Part shown: positions 1-10,544 of the stretch, in pieces
How positions within the stretch are numbered: the first letter of the stretch is position 1
How the letters are laid out: every line of letters starts with the position of its first letter
Assembly (NCBI GenBank): GCA_004402915.1
Contig: SORU01000001.1
Location: forward strand, 24,908 to 88,907
Direction of reading: 5' to 3'
DNA length: 64,000 bases
DNA from: Fidelibacterota bacterium MT.SAG.2
GTDB taxonomy: Bacteria; Fidelibacterota; SORT01
Notes under the pieces: generated by a model
Told to the model about the DNA's origin: nothing
Database searches by the model: none
Seen by the model: the letters and a program-made list of their open reading frames with translations, nothing else
Made by a program: the position numbers and the translations under genes

Positions 1-2
1 CA

Positions 3-278
3 CCGGCAACCACAGAGATATACAATAAAATGATTAAATCTGGGCTTTCTTTGAAATTCTCGGAAGCGGGAGCCGCTATAACTACACCTGGATGCGGAGC
101 GTGTATCGGCGCTCATCTTGGCGTTATGGGTGAAAATGAAGTGGGCGTTTTCACTACAAATAGGAATTTCCCCGGCAGAACAGGAGCAAGGAGTGCGGAA
201 ATCTATCTGACGAACCCTGCTGTCGCCGCCGCGACGGCGATTATGGGTCGCATAACCGATCCGAGGGAGTTAGACTGA
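3..278 (+). CDS. leuC: 3-isopropylmalate dehydratase/homoaconitase large subunit, C-terminal part (5' truncated by window)
   Basis: PGCGAC Fe-S motif, TTNRNFPGR and the AAATAIMGRITDPR terminus; frame is open to the window edge. Confidence 0.85.
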   Translation, partial: PATTEIYNKMIKSGLSLKFSEAGAAITTPGCGACIGAHLGVMGENEVGVFTTNRNFPGRTGARSAEIYLTNPAVAAATAIMGRITDPRELD

Positions 279-339
279 AACCTGCCGAAGCCTTGTTATT
301 ATTAGTTTATAAATGCTGACCAGCGGGTCGGAACTGAAG

Positions 340-1113
340 CTATCTCCCGTTCAACCCGATTAGTTCACGAACCGTAAGAAACCGGTAACCCTGATCTCTA
401 AGCCGGTCAATTATAATAGAAACCGCCTCAATTGTCTGGCTACGGTCTACTTTTCCGAATGTGCCGCTGTCGTGCAGTATAATGATAGAACCGGGTTCGA
501 TACGGCTCATAACTCGTTCAACGATCTTGTCTGTCCCGGGATTGTATGGATCGCGGGGATATACTTCACCTACGACAGCCGTCATGCCGCTTTCGCTGAT
601 CGCGTCTAACATAGAAGGGGTGAAAAGTCCCATTGGAGGTCTAAAATAAATAGGCATCGTGCCGACAGTTTTTTCGATCAGAGCGGAAGTTGATTCAATC
701 TGACGTTTGACATAACTTTTGGTGTAAAGGGGGAGGAAAGAATGTTTGAACGAGTGGTTTCCTATTTCATGTCCCTCCGAGTGAATACGTTTAACAATTT
801 CGGGATACTTCTCCACATGTTTGCCGAGCAGGAAAAACGTTGCCTTGGCTTCTTTGTGTGCAAGAATGTCAAGCAGCTGAGGAGTATATGTTTCGTTCGG
901 ACCGTCATCAAAGGTAAACGCCACAACTTTTTCATCTGTGTCAACAGACCAGACGACGCGATTTGAAATTAGATGCCCGTACTTTTCAAACATTATTATG
1001 TCCGTATAATATGACAGAGCGTAAAAAGTTGTTGGGAATGCAACTATAGCGGAGATCAGAAATAAAGTTCTGATTTTCCACCTCTTCCAATTTTGAAATG
1101 GTATCAGACGCAC
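340..1113 (-). CDS. Polysaccharide deacetylase (NodB/CE4), membrane anchored
   Basis: TFDDGP, GNHSFKH, FRPP and IILHD motifs; N-terminal hydrophobic helix. Confidence 0.9.
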   Translation of the reverse strand: MRLIPFQNWKRWKIRTLFLISAIVAFPTTFYALSYYTDIIMFEKYGHLISNRVVWSVDTDEKVVAFTFDDGPNETYTPQLLDILAHKEAKATFFLLGKHVEKYPEIVKRIHSEGHEIGNHSFKHSFLPLYTKSYVKRQIESTSALIEKTVGTMPIYFRPPMGLFTPSMLDAISESGMTAVVGEVYPRDPYNPGTDKIVERVMSRIEPGSIIILHDSGTFGKVDRSQTIEAVSIIIDRLRDQGYRFLTVRELIGLNGR

Positions 1114-1116
1114 TTT

Positions 1117-2493
1117 TCAACCCGCTTGATTAATCACTTTCAGATAGTCTTCCTTAAAGAGATCCAAACGTCTGATAATACTCCTCCGCTCAAGTTGCAG
1201 TTTTTTAACAATATTCTTATTTGTAAGAAGCGTAAGAGATAAATTCCACATCCGCCAGCGGTATCTCAATTTTTTCATGTAAGCGAGAGCCGCAAACCCT
1301 ATAAACGGGAGTGTAAGGAGGAACGAGAGAGCTATGAATGCGGTGAAATATGTATAAACAAGGAGAGTTTCAAGGGAGTAGTAAAATAAAAATCCAATTC
1401 CGCCGCCTATCATAAGTGCTGATGAAGTTTTTGTTTCATCGTAGCCGGATTTCTTACCAATATACTCGGCGAATTTGTACGGAATGTAATTAGTCAGCAA
1501 ACCTGTAACCCAAATAGGGAAACCGATGATACTCCAAAAAATAATCTTCCAACTTCGTCTGCCTACGTTTGCCTTATTCAGATCGCGCTGAAGTTGTGAA
1601 TCATGCAAATTAAGTCTGTCTATTTTTAGTATATAATTTTTTACATCTTTCATGAGAGCGTTCACGCCGTCAGGGTTTTTCTCCATATAATAAGTCACTG
1701 CATCAGCAAGTTGTTGACTAAGAAACATATCCTTGAAGATATCACTTTTTGACTGAAGTTGCTCATCCTCGTCAAGATCCACTTTTAAATTTGCCTTATA
1801 AATTTTTTCGAGGTCGGTGACAAAGTCATTATATTCACTCTTTTTTACGTTCACGGTGAGTTTAACAAGTTCATCGGAAATCCTGTCATTTAGCTTATGA
1901 ACGCCCTCATACTCGTCTTTTTCATAGCTGTCCTTAAATTCGGAAATAGGAATCGGTCTTCCGAAATTTAGCAATACTTTGCTCCTGAATCGATGACGGG
2001 CTGTAAAATATAGTCCAAGTGGAATGATAGAGAGATCAAGATTGAAATCATTTTGTTTTTCAGCGCCGAGCGCGATTCGCGCAGTCCCGGTTTTAAGTTT
2101 GAGAATCTTCCGATCGGTCTGACTCGTACCTTCGGGGAAGATCCCGATACATTTACCATCCTCTAATATTTTATACGCCGCCCGGAACATATCTTCATTA
2201 TCTTCCATCTTTTCGGGATTGTCCTCGCGCCGATAAACAGGAATAATTCCCATCGCAAATAGGAATCTCGATTTTATGCTGTTGGAGAAAAGGCCCGAAT
2301 GACCGATATAATGTATCTTGCGAGGCGTCTTTACCGCTACGACCAAGGCGTCCATGATACTCGATGGATGGTTTGCCGCAATTATAAGAGGACCTTCCTT
2401 CGGAATATACTCATCACGATGAACTTCTACTTCGTCAAAGAACAATTCGATGGCGAATTTGATTATAAGTTTTATGAGATTGTAAAATATCAT
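1117..2493 (-). CDS. Lysophospholipid/glycerol-3-phosphate acyltransferase (PlsC family) with C-terminal membrane domain
   Basis: NHPSSIMD (HxxxxD) and FPEGT motifs; C-terminal TM helices; start placed at ATG 2493. Confidence 0.85.
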   Translation of the reverse strand: MIFYNLIKLIIKFAIELFFDEVEVHRDEYIPKEGPLIIAANHPSSIMDALVVAVKTPRKIHYIGHSGLFSNSIKSRFLFAMGIIPVYRREDNPEKMEDNEDMFRAAYKILEDGKCIGIFPEGTSQTDRKILKLKTGTARIALGAEKQNDFNLDLSIIPLGLYFTARHRFRSKVLLNFGRPIPISEFKDSYEKDEYEGVHKLNDRISDELVKLTVNVKKSEYNDFVTDLEKIYKANLKVDLDEDEQLQSKSDIFKDMFLSQQLADAVTYYMEKNPDGVNALMKDVKNYILKIDRLNLHDSQLQRDLNKANVGRRSWKIIFWSIIGFPIWVTGLLTNYIPYKFAEYIGKKSGYDETKTSSALMIGGGIGFLFYYSLETLLVYTYFTAFIALSFLLTLPFIGFAALAYMKKLRYRWRMWNLSLTLLTNKNIVKKLQLERRSIIRRLDLFKEDYLKVINQAG

Positions 2494-2605
2494 TTTTAAA
2501 ATGGTGTAGCGTGAATATAAGCAGGAAGCGAAGTATTTCAAAACACCTTTAATTAATTAATATTATACGGTAAAGAAAACGTAAAAATATCGAATCACAA
2601 AAGCA

Positions 2606-2634
2606 TTGACACTTTTCGGCTTGGGTTTTACTTT
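2606..2634 (+). promoter_or_regulatory. Sigma70-type promoter upstream of rdgB
   Basis: TTGACA-N17-TACTTT. Confidence 0.55.
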
Positions 2635-2841
2635 TACGGCGTTCTGATGCAATAAAGGTGACGAAAAAGGATGGAGAGACATATAAAATATCGATTAGGA
2701 AACGCGCTTGAGAAAAGCTACGCAGTTGTATTTATAGGAATAAAGAAGATAAACAGTGTTATACATTTCAGGATTGCCTCACGCAGTCTATAATCAGGAA
2801 ACTATTACAACATTAATTAGTAAAAGAAGAGTAGTTTAAGA

Positions 2842-3435
2842 ATGAAACTCGTTATAGCTACCAGAAATGAAGATAAACTTATGGAAATTAAGGAAATATT
2901 TGAAGGGAGCAGTTTTGAACTCAGTTCGTTGAATGAGTTTCCTCAAGCGCCTGAAGTTGAAGAAACCGGAGATACTTTATTAGAGAATGCTTTATTGAAA
3001 GCAGAAAGTGCCGCAAAAGCAACGGGGCTACCGGCATTAGCGGATGATACGGGTCTTTTCGTTGAAGCATTGGATGGAGAGCCGGGTGTGTGGTCTTCAC
3101 GTTATGCGGGAGAAAATGTATCATACGAAGAAAACCGCGAATTGCTTTTGAAGAACTTGAATAACGTCCCTGAAGCGGAGCGCACGGCGAAGTTTGTAAC
3201 GGTTGCCGTATTTGTAGATGAGATTGGACATTTCAAAGCAGAGGGAGAAGTGGAGGGATTGATAACAAGCGAACCGAGGGGGACCAACGGATTTGGCTAT
3301 GATCCACTCTTCCAATCAATATATTCGGAGAAGACGTTCGGAGAATTGACGCGATCAGAAAAAAGGGCATTTAGCCACAGAGGAAAAGCGTTCGAGGAAA
3401 TACTGCGAATATTGGATACCAAGTTTTTAAAATAA
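2842..3435 (+). CDS. rdgB: Non-canonical purine NTP pyrophosphatase (RdgB/HAM1)
   Basis: ATRNEDK, ADDTGL, GFGYDP and SHRGKA motifs. Confidence 0.95.
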   Translation: MKLVIATRNEDKLMEIKEIFEGSSFELSSLNEFPQAPEVEETGDTLLENALLKAESAAKATGLPALADDTGLFVEALDGEPGVWSSRYAGENVSYEENRELLLKNLNNVPEAERTAKFVTVAVFVDEIGHFKAEGEVEGLITSEPRGTNGFGYDPLFQSIYSEKTFGELTRSEKRAFSHRGKAFEEILRILDTKFLK

Positions 3436-3502
3436 TAATAGGAGGGACTTATAGAGAAATAATGATACGATGATTGCGTCATAAAAGCCGCATTCAAAAA
3501 AA

Positions 3503-6500
3503 ATGAATAAAAATATTAAAAACAACAACAAAAGCGACAAGCGGCGGTTCTTAACTGAGTGTCGCTGTTATATAACAGTGTTTGTTCTGTCCATGCTTCA
3601 GGTTCCGGCGCTTTTTGCGCAGGAAAATGAACAGTTGTCGATCTATCCTATTCCCGGATTTGTTCCGCTGTTCGAAGGGAGTTTTCAAGCGCTATATTGG
3701 TCTCCTCACGATTCTAATATTGTGATAGATGGCGCGGTACTGCCTTTAAAATCACCCTTGATCAAATCAACAGTAAAAATGGATTCTTCCGGAACATATT
3801 TTATATTTCGAAGAACGTATCGGGGGAAAGATATTCAAGCTCCGACCATCATAAGCCGATCGGATTATTATTTGCTCGCCAAGGATCATAGTTTTTTAGA
3901 ATTTTGGACGGAAAGATTAGAGGAAGTGATAAAACGAGAGAGAGAAGCAGGACGTGGAGGGGCTATCGAAATCGTCGGCGGAACGATTGCGGGACAGGAC
4001 GTAGCGCTTCGGGTGACCGGTAATATCAATATAAAGGGTGGTATTCGAAACGAAAGCAGGAGTACGGTCGCCCTTAATTTTGCAGAGAACCAAAGCACTT
4101 CCTTCAAGCTTGACCAAAAGCAGCGATTCAACATTGAAGGAACTATCGGTGATAAGATTAGTTTGCTTGTCGACCAGGATTCCGAAAGGGATTTTGAGTT
4201 TGAGAATGCGTTAAAAATTCATTACGTGGGAAATGAAGATGAAATCATTAAACGCATAGACGCAGGCAACATCGATCTCACCCTTCCGGGAACTAAGTTC
4301 GCCGTATCAGGCGGGCGCAATCAAGGGTTATTCGGGTTAAAATCACTAATGAAGATTGGTGGTATGGAAATTACGTCAATTGCGAGCGTTGAAAGAGGGA
4401 AAAAAGCAAAGCTGACATTGGATGGTGGAGCAACTTCACAGGTGAAAAGGATAAACGATTACGGTTATTTGAGAAACACATATTTTTTTCTCGATGATTA
4501 CTATAAAAATAGTTTCTATCCAACTATAGAAACTTTATTTCGCGCTAAACCTGCGAACAGGAGGATTCAAAATATAGAGGTTTATCTGACTGCCGGCGGC
4601 ACTGAAACCGGAAGCTTCGAGGCGATAGCCGTGCCCGATCCGAATTCCCCTGAGCAAATTGAAAATTTTACAGATTTCGGAGGAATAAAGCAGCGATTCA
4701 AACGATTGATAAAAAATATAGATTACGAAGTGAGCGAAAATCATGGATTCATCAGGATGAATACATACATGAGTAAGAATGATGTTCTTGCGATAAGCTA
4801 TATCGATTTTGGAGGAGATGTCTTCGGCGGACAAAGTGTGACTCTTGAAGGAGACAGTGCCGAATTGGCTGTATTGAAACTCATAAAGGGACGGAATCCA
4901 TTTCCGACAGATCTGACATGGAATTTGGAATTCAAAAATGTCTATTATCTTGGAGCAACAAATATAAACAGTGAGGGATTCGAATTAAAGATAGTTGATG
5001 ATCGTTCCTCAGGAGAGCCGCAGGAGAGAAATTCGAACGGCATAAATTTTCTTCAGTTATTCGGACTTGACTCCCTTGATGTTAACGGTAAATCACAACC
5101 TGACGAAATTTTCGATATAGACAGTGACGCTATAATCAATTTACAACGAGGAGAGTTATGGTTTCCGGCTTTGAGACCGTTTTATACTCCAAAGGCATTA
5201 GACTCGAGTTTTTACAGTCAGGCTATTTATGACAACACCATACCGACAGAACGGCAAGCGGCAAGCAAATTCAAAATTATTGTCTCTTATAAAAATCGGT
5301 CATCTACAATAAGCCTCGGTTTAAACTTTATTGAGGGAAGCGAAGAGGTTACATTGGACGGTGTAGTGCTCAATAGAGGATCAGACTATACTATAGATAC
5401 TTTCACGGGGCAGTTGACACTTCTAAAGGAAGGCGCCACCGATCCGGGAGCCAACTTAGAAATAAAATACGAAAATAATCAGCTCTTTCAATTGGACAAA
5501 AAATCGCTTTTGGGAACGAGAGCGGAGTATCGCTTTGGAGAAAATTCATTTTTCGGCGGAACATTTCTTTATTACAGCAAGAGTACAATAGACCGGAAGG
5601 TGAGAGTCGGTGAAGAACCGATACGAAATATGCTGTGGGATTTTAACGGTAAATATTCGGCGAAACCTAATTTTATTTCAAGGGGCGTGAATGCTCTTCC
5701 CTTAATTAAAACTGATCAACCTTCTTCGTTCAGCATGGAAGGCGAGATCGCAAGGATAATTCCGAATCCTAACACACTGAACAGTTCTGAAACGGGCGAC
5801 AATCAGGGAGTAGCATATTTAGATGATTTCGAAGCAAGTAAGAGAGTCACATCTCTGACTATAACCCGAAAGCATTGGTATAAAGCATCTCCTCCGGATT
5901 TTAAGATGGATGATGAGAGAGCATTTACATACTGGTACAATCCATTTGATCGTGTGTTAACAACAAATATTTGGAAGGACAGGGATACTGGGAATCAGGC
6001 AGGTAATCTTTTTACTGACGTGCTGAACATAGTAATCGATACAGAAAAAAACCAGAGAGATGTAGCCGACAGCACTATCGCACAGGAGCAACGATGGGGA
6101 GGCGTAATGAGAGCGCTGCCAGCAAGCTTTTTCGATCAAACCCAGACCAAATTTATTGAGATATGGATTAGGGGAAGCGAAGGACAGATTAATTTAGATA
6201 TTGGTCATATTAGCGAAGACGCAAATGATGACAATGTGTACAATACGGAAGATATACCTGTGGCTGGGACTATCGGCAACAATATAGTTGATGAAGGTGA
6301 GGATACGGGAATTGACGGATTGGATGACGAGGATGAGGAGGGCTATGATCCGAACTCCAATCCGGATCCAAATGCGGATAATTGGGAATTTGATTCGAAC
6401 GTCAGACCGCTCAATTATCGTAGAATAAACGGAACAGAGGGTAACCAGAATGATGAAGGCGGGAGAATCCCTGATAGTGAGGATCTCAACAGGAACACAT

Positions 6501-9500
6501 TTCTTGACACGAGAAGCGATTACTTTGAGTACTCGTTCTGGCTGGATGGCAGAGATGATCATCTCGTTGCAGGAGGAGATAAGAATGCCTGGCGCCTTTT
6601 CCGGCTACCGATAAATTCATATAATTATAAATCAGGTGCGAACGTTAATTTCCAAGATATACAATATGTTAGAGTTTGGATAACAGGTCTAACAGGTGAG
6701 AAAGTTGTTCAGATAGCGACTATTGAAATGGTCGCGAACGAGTGGCAGGAGTTAGGAGTAAAACGCAAAGGTTTTGCCGAGTTTGACAAGGAAGATTCCT
6801 CCTTTGCGATTACAATTGTGAATACGGAAGATAACAGCGATATCTATGACGGCAAGAGGGAGAATGGCGATCCGAGTCTTCAACCGCCTCCCGGAGTTGA
6901 GGGAGTTGAAGACCGGATAACAAGGGTAAGAGCGAAAGAACAATCGTTAGTTCTTAAATTTGACGATCTGCCTCCGGGAGCTATCGGAGCAGCAAGGAAG
7001 GTATTTTTCAACGAGCAGGATATAATAAGATACGGAAAGCTCAAGATGTTTGTGCATGGAGATAAACATTTCGGCAAAGACAGTTCTTCGGTAGAGTTTT
7101 TCATGAGGTTAGGCAGAAATGATGACAGTTACTACGAGATATCGGAACCGGTTTATCCCGGGTGGGACGAACGGAATTTTATCGAGATCGACTTAGATCT
7201 ACTGACGCAGCTGAAATTGCGAGAAGGAGACTCCTTCAACATCGGGCAAGGGAAAAAAGTGCGAATAGTGAATTCTCCGTCATTAACGAGACTTAAGCAG
7301 ATTGTAATCGGGATCAAAAATAAGCACAAGGTGGCGCCGATTTCAGGTCAGATCTGGCTTGACGAACTTCGTGTGTCTGAAATCAGCAGGGAGGGAGGAA
7401 TCGCGGCGCGCGCAAGCGCATCACTTAAAATAGCCGACATCGGAAACGTGAACTTTAGTGTGACGAAGCAGGATGCCGATTTTCATCGAATCCAGGAAAA
7501 AATCGGTAAAGCGGGTGGAAGCGCTGAAAATTTTTCGTACAGGTTCAACAATACATTTCAGTCAAACAAACTATTGCCGCCTCGATGGGGGCTTTCAATT
7601 CCGATATCCTTTAATATAAACCGTTCGGTTAGGACTCCCAAATATTTTCCGGGGACAGATATTAGGGTACAGGGAGCTGCTCCCGATTCTATTAAAAATC
7701 TTAATCTCCAAAAGATCTTTAAAATATCTTTTAAGAAGAACAGTAAATCACGCTCAAAGTTCATAAAATACAGTTTGGATAAATCTTCGGCGAATTTGAA
7801 TATCGTAAATCAAAACGGGAGCAGCAACCAAATTGCAAAGAAATTTTCCACTGCATACAATGGTGGCTATGCTTATAATTTACCTATAAAGCGTAAATCA
7901 AAGATAAAGCCGTTTTTCTGGGTTAGACCCGTCCCCTGGCTTGGCAAGAAAATAGGAGATGAAAAATTTAATTATTATCCGAATTCGTTCAACTGGAATA
8001 TAAAAGCGACCGAATCGAAGAGTAACAATATTCCTCGTCGCGGAGTTCCGACAGAATCTTACAAATTTAACATGGTAAGGAACTTTAAAACCGGCTTTCC
8101 TATATTTAAATCGGTAACTCTCGATTATGGAAGAGGCTGGACAAACGATCTAAGTGAATTGAGGCAGAGAAAATCTGACCTGTATTCAGGGGATTTCGGA
8201 ATTCTCACGAATGGAAATGAAAATTTTTCGACCAAGTGGAACCCCAGAATTTTCGACTTTATGTCAACAAGCTTTGGCTACAGCAGCACGTATCGGCTCC
8301 AGATTCAGAGGGTAGACACATTGAGTAGAAACAATGTGAGCAATCAAAATCAGTTTAACGCTAATTTAAATTTCAATCTGAAGAAATTCATGTCAATTTT
8401 CGCCAAAGAAGATACTAAGCCTAAAAAAGGAAAGAGTAAAAAACGGTCAAGCCGCCGCTCGACGAGAGGTAGGGGGAAGAAAAAACAAAAAGATGAAATA
8501 ATTAAAAAGGAAAAAAATAATCCTACTGTCGGTGAACTCTTAACATCACTTTCGAAAAAATTACAACCGGTGAATTTTACTTATTCCAAAAACAAAAATA
8601 TATCGAACCCCGCCTTGTTAGGAGAACCGGGATATGCATATAAATTAGGGTTCACCGAGGATCCGAATGTAGAAAGAGATCCACGTGTTGTTGCTGAAAA
8701 CAGAAAAGGGGAAACAACTAATTTTTCTACTCGAAGCGGACTGAATATAAGCCGGAATTTTACTGTAAATTTTTCCTATAGTCAGAACGAACGAAGAAAT
8801 AGAACCTCTTCGAGCAATTTGAACATAACAAAGACGAGAGATTTTTTCCCGATAGGCGTAACAGGAAGAGACGGCTTCCCCTTTCCAAACTGGAACTTTC
8901 GATTGTCGGGTCTTGAGAAACTGCCGATATTTACTAAGTTTACCAAAAGTGTGAGTCTTGAGCATGGGTTCGGAGGAAAGGAGAATGAAAAGGGATTGGA
9001 GACCATCAGGTTTATACAAGAAACAAATACGGATTCTATATCGAAGGAGATAACTGGTGTGGATTATTCTAAATCATGGCAACCGCTTGTGGGTATGACC
9101 TTTAATTTCAAAAAGAATATTTCTGCTACATTCAGGTTTAACAAATCATCATCAATATCAAATTTCTTCGGTGGAATAAGAGAAGGCACTCAACTTCAGA
9201 ATACATCTAATATTTCTTTAACCGCAAACTACTCAAGACGTGGAGGGCTCAATATTCCTCTTGTTTTCTTAAAGGATTTGAAACTCGATAACCAGGTATC
9301 GTTCTCCCTGACCTATGATAACGGTAAGAGTGAAACGCTTACGAGAACAGGTACAACTGAAGGAGAATTCGCTCCTATTAATCTCTCCAGAAGATGGAGC
9401 TTAAATCCGCAGATGACTTACTCTTTCAGCTCTAAATTGAATGGAGGTGTATTCTTTGAATTCGGAAAGACAGAGACAATACAAGGCTCTACAAGTTTCA

Positions 9501-9541
9501 GGGATTTTGGCGTCACGGTAAACATTGCTATTAGGGGGTAA
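3503..9541 (+). CDS. sprA: T9SS outer-membrane translocon SprA/Sov
   Basis: 2012 aa with signal peptide; GTIGDKI, IKRIDAGNI, GLFGLK, LEFKNVYYLG, AYLDDFE and IWLDELRV motifs; beta-barrel C-terminus. Confidence 0.9.
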   Translation: MNKNIKNNNKSDKRRFLTECRCYITVFVLSMLQVPALFAQENEQLSIYPIPGFVPLFEGSFQALYWSPHDSNIVIDGAVLPLKSPLIKSTVKMDSSGTYFIFRRTYRGKDIQAPTIISRSDYYLLAKDHSFLEFWTERLEEVIKREREAGRGGAIEIVGGTIAGQDVALRVTGNINIKGGIRNESRSTVALNFAENQSTSFKLDQKQRFNIEGTIGDKISLLVDQDSERDFEFENALKIHYVGNEDEIIKRIDAGNIDLTLPGTKFAVSGGRNQGLFGLKSLMKIGGMEITSIASVERGKKAKLTLDGGATSQVKRINDYGYLRNTYFFLDDYYKNSFYPTIETLFRAKPANRRIQNIEVYLTAGGTETGSFEAIAVPDPNSPEQIENFTDFGGIKQRFKRLIKNIDYEVSENHGFIRMNTYMSKNDVLAISYIDFGGDVFGGQSVTLEGDSAELAVLKLIKGRNPFPTDLTWNLEFKNVYYLGATNINSEGFELKIVDDRSSGEPQERNSNGINFLQLFGLDSLDVNGKSQPDEIFDIDSDAIINLQRGELWFPALRPFYTPKALDSSFYSQAIYDNTIPTERQAASKFKIIVSYKNRSSTISLGLNFIEGSEEVTLDGVVLNRGSDYTIDTFTGQLTLLKEGATDPGANLEIKYENNQLFQLDKKSLLGTRAEYRFGENSFFGGTFLYYSKSTIDRKVRVGEEPIRNMLWDFNGKYSAKPNFISRGVNALPLIKTDQPSSFSMEGEIARIIPNPNTLNSSETGDNQGVAYLDDFEASKRVTSLTITRKHWYKASPPDFKMDDERAFTYWYNPFDRVLTTNIWKDRDTGNQAGNLFTDVLNIVIDTEKNQRDVADSTIAQEQRWGGVMRALPASFFDQTQTKFIEIWIRGSEGQINLDIGHISEDANDDNVYNTEDIPVAGTIGNNIVDEGEDTGIDGLDDEDEEGYDPNSNPDPNADNWEFDSNVRPLNYRRINGTEGNQNDEGGRIPDSEDLNRNTFLDTRSDYFEYSFWLDGRDDHLVAGGDKNAWRLFRLPINSYNYKSGANVNFQDIQYVRVWITGLTGEKVVQIATIEMVANEWQELGVKRKGFAEFDKEDSSFAITIVNTEDNSDIYDGKRENGDPSLQPPPGVEGVEDRITRVRAKEQSLVLKFDDLPPGAIGAARKVFFNEQDIIRYGKLKMFVHGDKHFGKDSSSVEFFMRLGRNDDSYYEISEPVYPGWDERNFIEIDLDLLTQLKLREGDSFNIGQGKKVRIVNSPSLTRLKQIVIGIKNKHKVAPISGQIWLDELRVSEISREGGIAARASASLKIADIGNVNFSVTKQDADFHRIQEKIGKAGGSAENFSYRFNNTFQSNKLLPPRWGLSIPISFNINRSVRTPKYFPGTDIRVQGAAPDSIKNLNLQKIFKISFKKNSKSRSKFIKYSLDKSSANLNIVNQNGSSNQIAKKFSTAYNGGYAYNLPIKRKSKIKPFFWVRPVPWLGKKIGDEKFNYYPNSFNWNIKATESKSNNIPRRGVPTESYKFNMVRNFKTGFPIFKSVTLDYGRGWTNDLSELRQRKSDLYSGDFGILTNGNENFSTKWNPRIFDFMSTSFGYSSTYRLQIQRVDTLSRNNVSNQNQFNANLNFNLKKFMSIFAKEDTKPKKGKSKKRSSRRSTRGRGKKKQKDEIIKKEKNNPTVGELLTSLSKKLQPVNFTYSKNKNISNPALLGEPGYAYKLGFTEDPNVERDPRVVAENRKGETTNFSTRSGLNISRNFTVNFSYSQNERRNRTSSSNLNITKTRDFFPIGVTGRDGFPFPNWNFRLSGLEKLPIFTKFTKSVSLEHGFGGKENEKGLETIRFIQETNTDSISKEITGVDYSKSWQPLVGMTFNFKKNISATFRFNKSSSISNFFGGIREGTQLQNTSNISLTANYSRRGGLNIPLVFLKDLKLDNQVSFSLTYDNGKSETLTRTGTTEGEFAPINLSRRWSLNPQMTYSFSSKLNGGVFFEFGKTETIQGSTSFRDFGVTVNIAIRG

Positions 9542-9545
9542 TTAA

Positions 9546-10460
9546 TTGAAGTTATCAGTCTCGGCAATGCTTAGTTTTCTATTTGTTCTGACCCTGTTTT
9601 CCTGCGGCGGGAATAAACCGGATTTTGATGGAGACAGCGCATTTGGCTATCTCGTCAAACAGTGTGATTTCGGTCCTCGAAATCCCGGTTCGAGGGGTCA
9701 TAAAAATACGCTTAATTATCTGTTAACTGAAATGAGAACTTTTGCGGACAGTGTAAAGGTGCAAAAATTCAGCCATTTTGATAAAAGGACGGGCATATCG
9801 CTCGACTTGACAAATATCATTGCCTCATTTAAAGTTTCTGATGCTAATCGAGTTTTGTTAGCGGCTCATTGGGATACGAGACCGCGTTCGGATCAGGATA
9901 AAATGCCATCGAAACGAAATCAACCGCTACTTGGCGCAAACGACGGTGCAAGCGGAGTAGCTGTGTTATTAGAGTTGGCGAAAGTATTTAGCGAAAACCC
10001 CCCTCCTGTCGGTGTTGATCTGATTCTCTTTGATGGTGAAGATTTCGGCGAAGAGGGTGACTTGGACAGGTACTTTCTCGGTTCGAGACATTTCGCAAAG
10101 AACTTCACAGGGCAAAAACCAAAGTGGGCGATTATAATAGATATGGTCGGAGATGCTGAACTCGAGCTGCCGATAGAACGGTATTCTTTTGAGCGAAATA
10201 AGAAATTGGTAGAAAAAGTGTGGGATGCAGCAGAGAGAGCAGGAGCATCACAATTCAAGCGAAGATTGGGAAGCTATGTTCAAGATGATCATCTTATGTT
10301 ATACGAATATGCCGGTATCGAAGCGATAGATATTATTGATTTTGATTACACCCGCGGCGGCATAAATCTCTGGCATACATCCCTTGATACCCCCGAGATG
10401 TGCAGTCCTGCAAGCCTCGCCGCAGTCGGAAGAACGCTGATAGAGCTTATTTATGAATAG
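9546..10460 (+). CDS. M28-family lipoprotein, probable glutaminyl-peptide cyclotransferase
   Basis: Lipobox LFSC; DFGPRNPGS, AHWDTRP, GANDGASG, FDGED, DDH and WHT motifs. Confidence 0.8.
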   Translation: MKLSVSAMLSFLFVLTLFSCGGNKPDFDGDSAFGYLVKQCDFGPRNPGSRGHKNTLNYLLTEMRTFADSVKVQKFSHFDKRTGISLDLTNIIASFKVSDANRVLLAAHWDTRPRSDQDKMPSKRNQPLLGANDGASGVAVLLELAKVFSENPPPVGVDLILFDGEDFGEEGDLDRYFLGSRHFAKNFTGQKPKWAIIIDMVGDAELELPIERYSFERNKKLVEKVWDAAERAGASQFKRRLGSYVQDDHLMLYEYAGIEAIDIIDFDYTRGGINLWHTSLDTPEMCSPASLAAVGRTLIELIYE

Positions 10461-10544
10461 TCGAGTAATCATCACAATTTCATCTGAAAAAATAAATCAG
10501 TATATTACCGCTTGTTGATTTATTAAAATTGAGTATTAAAACAG

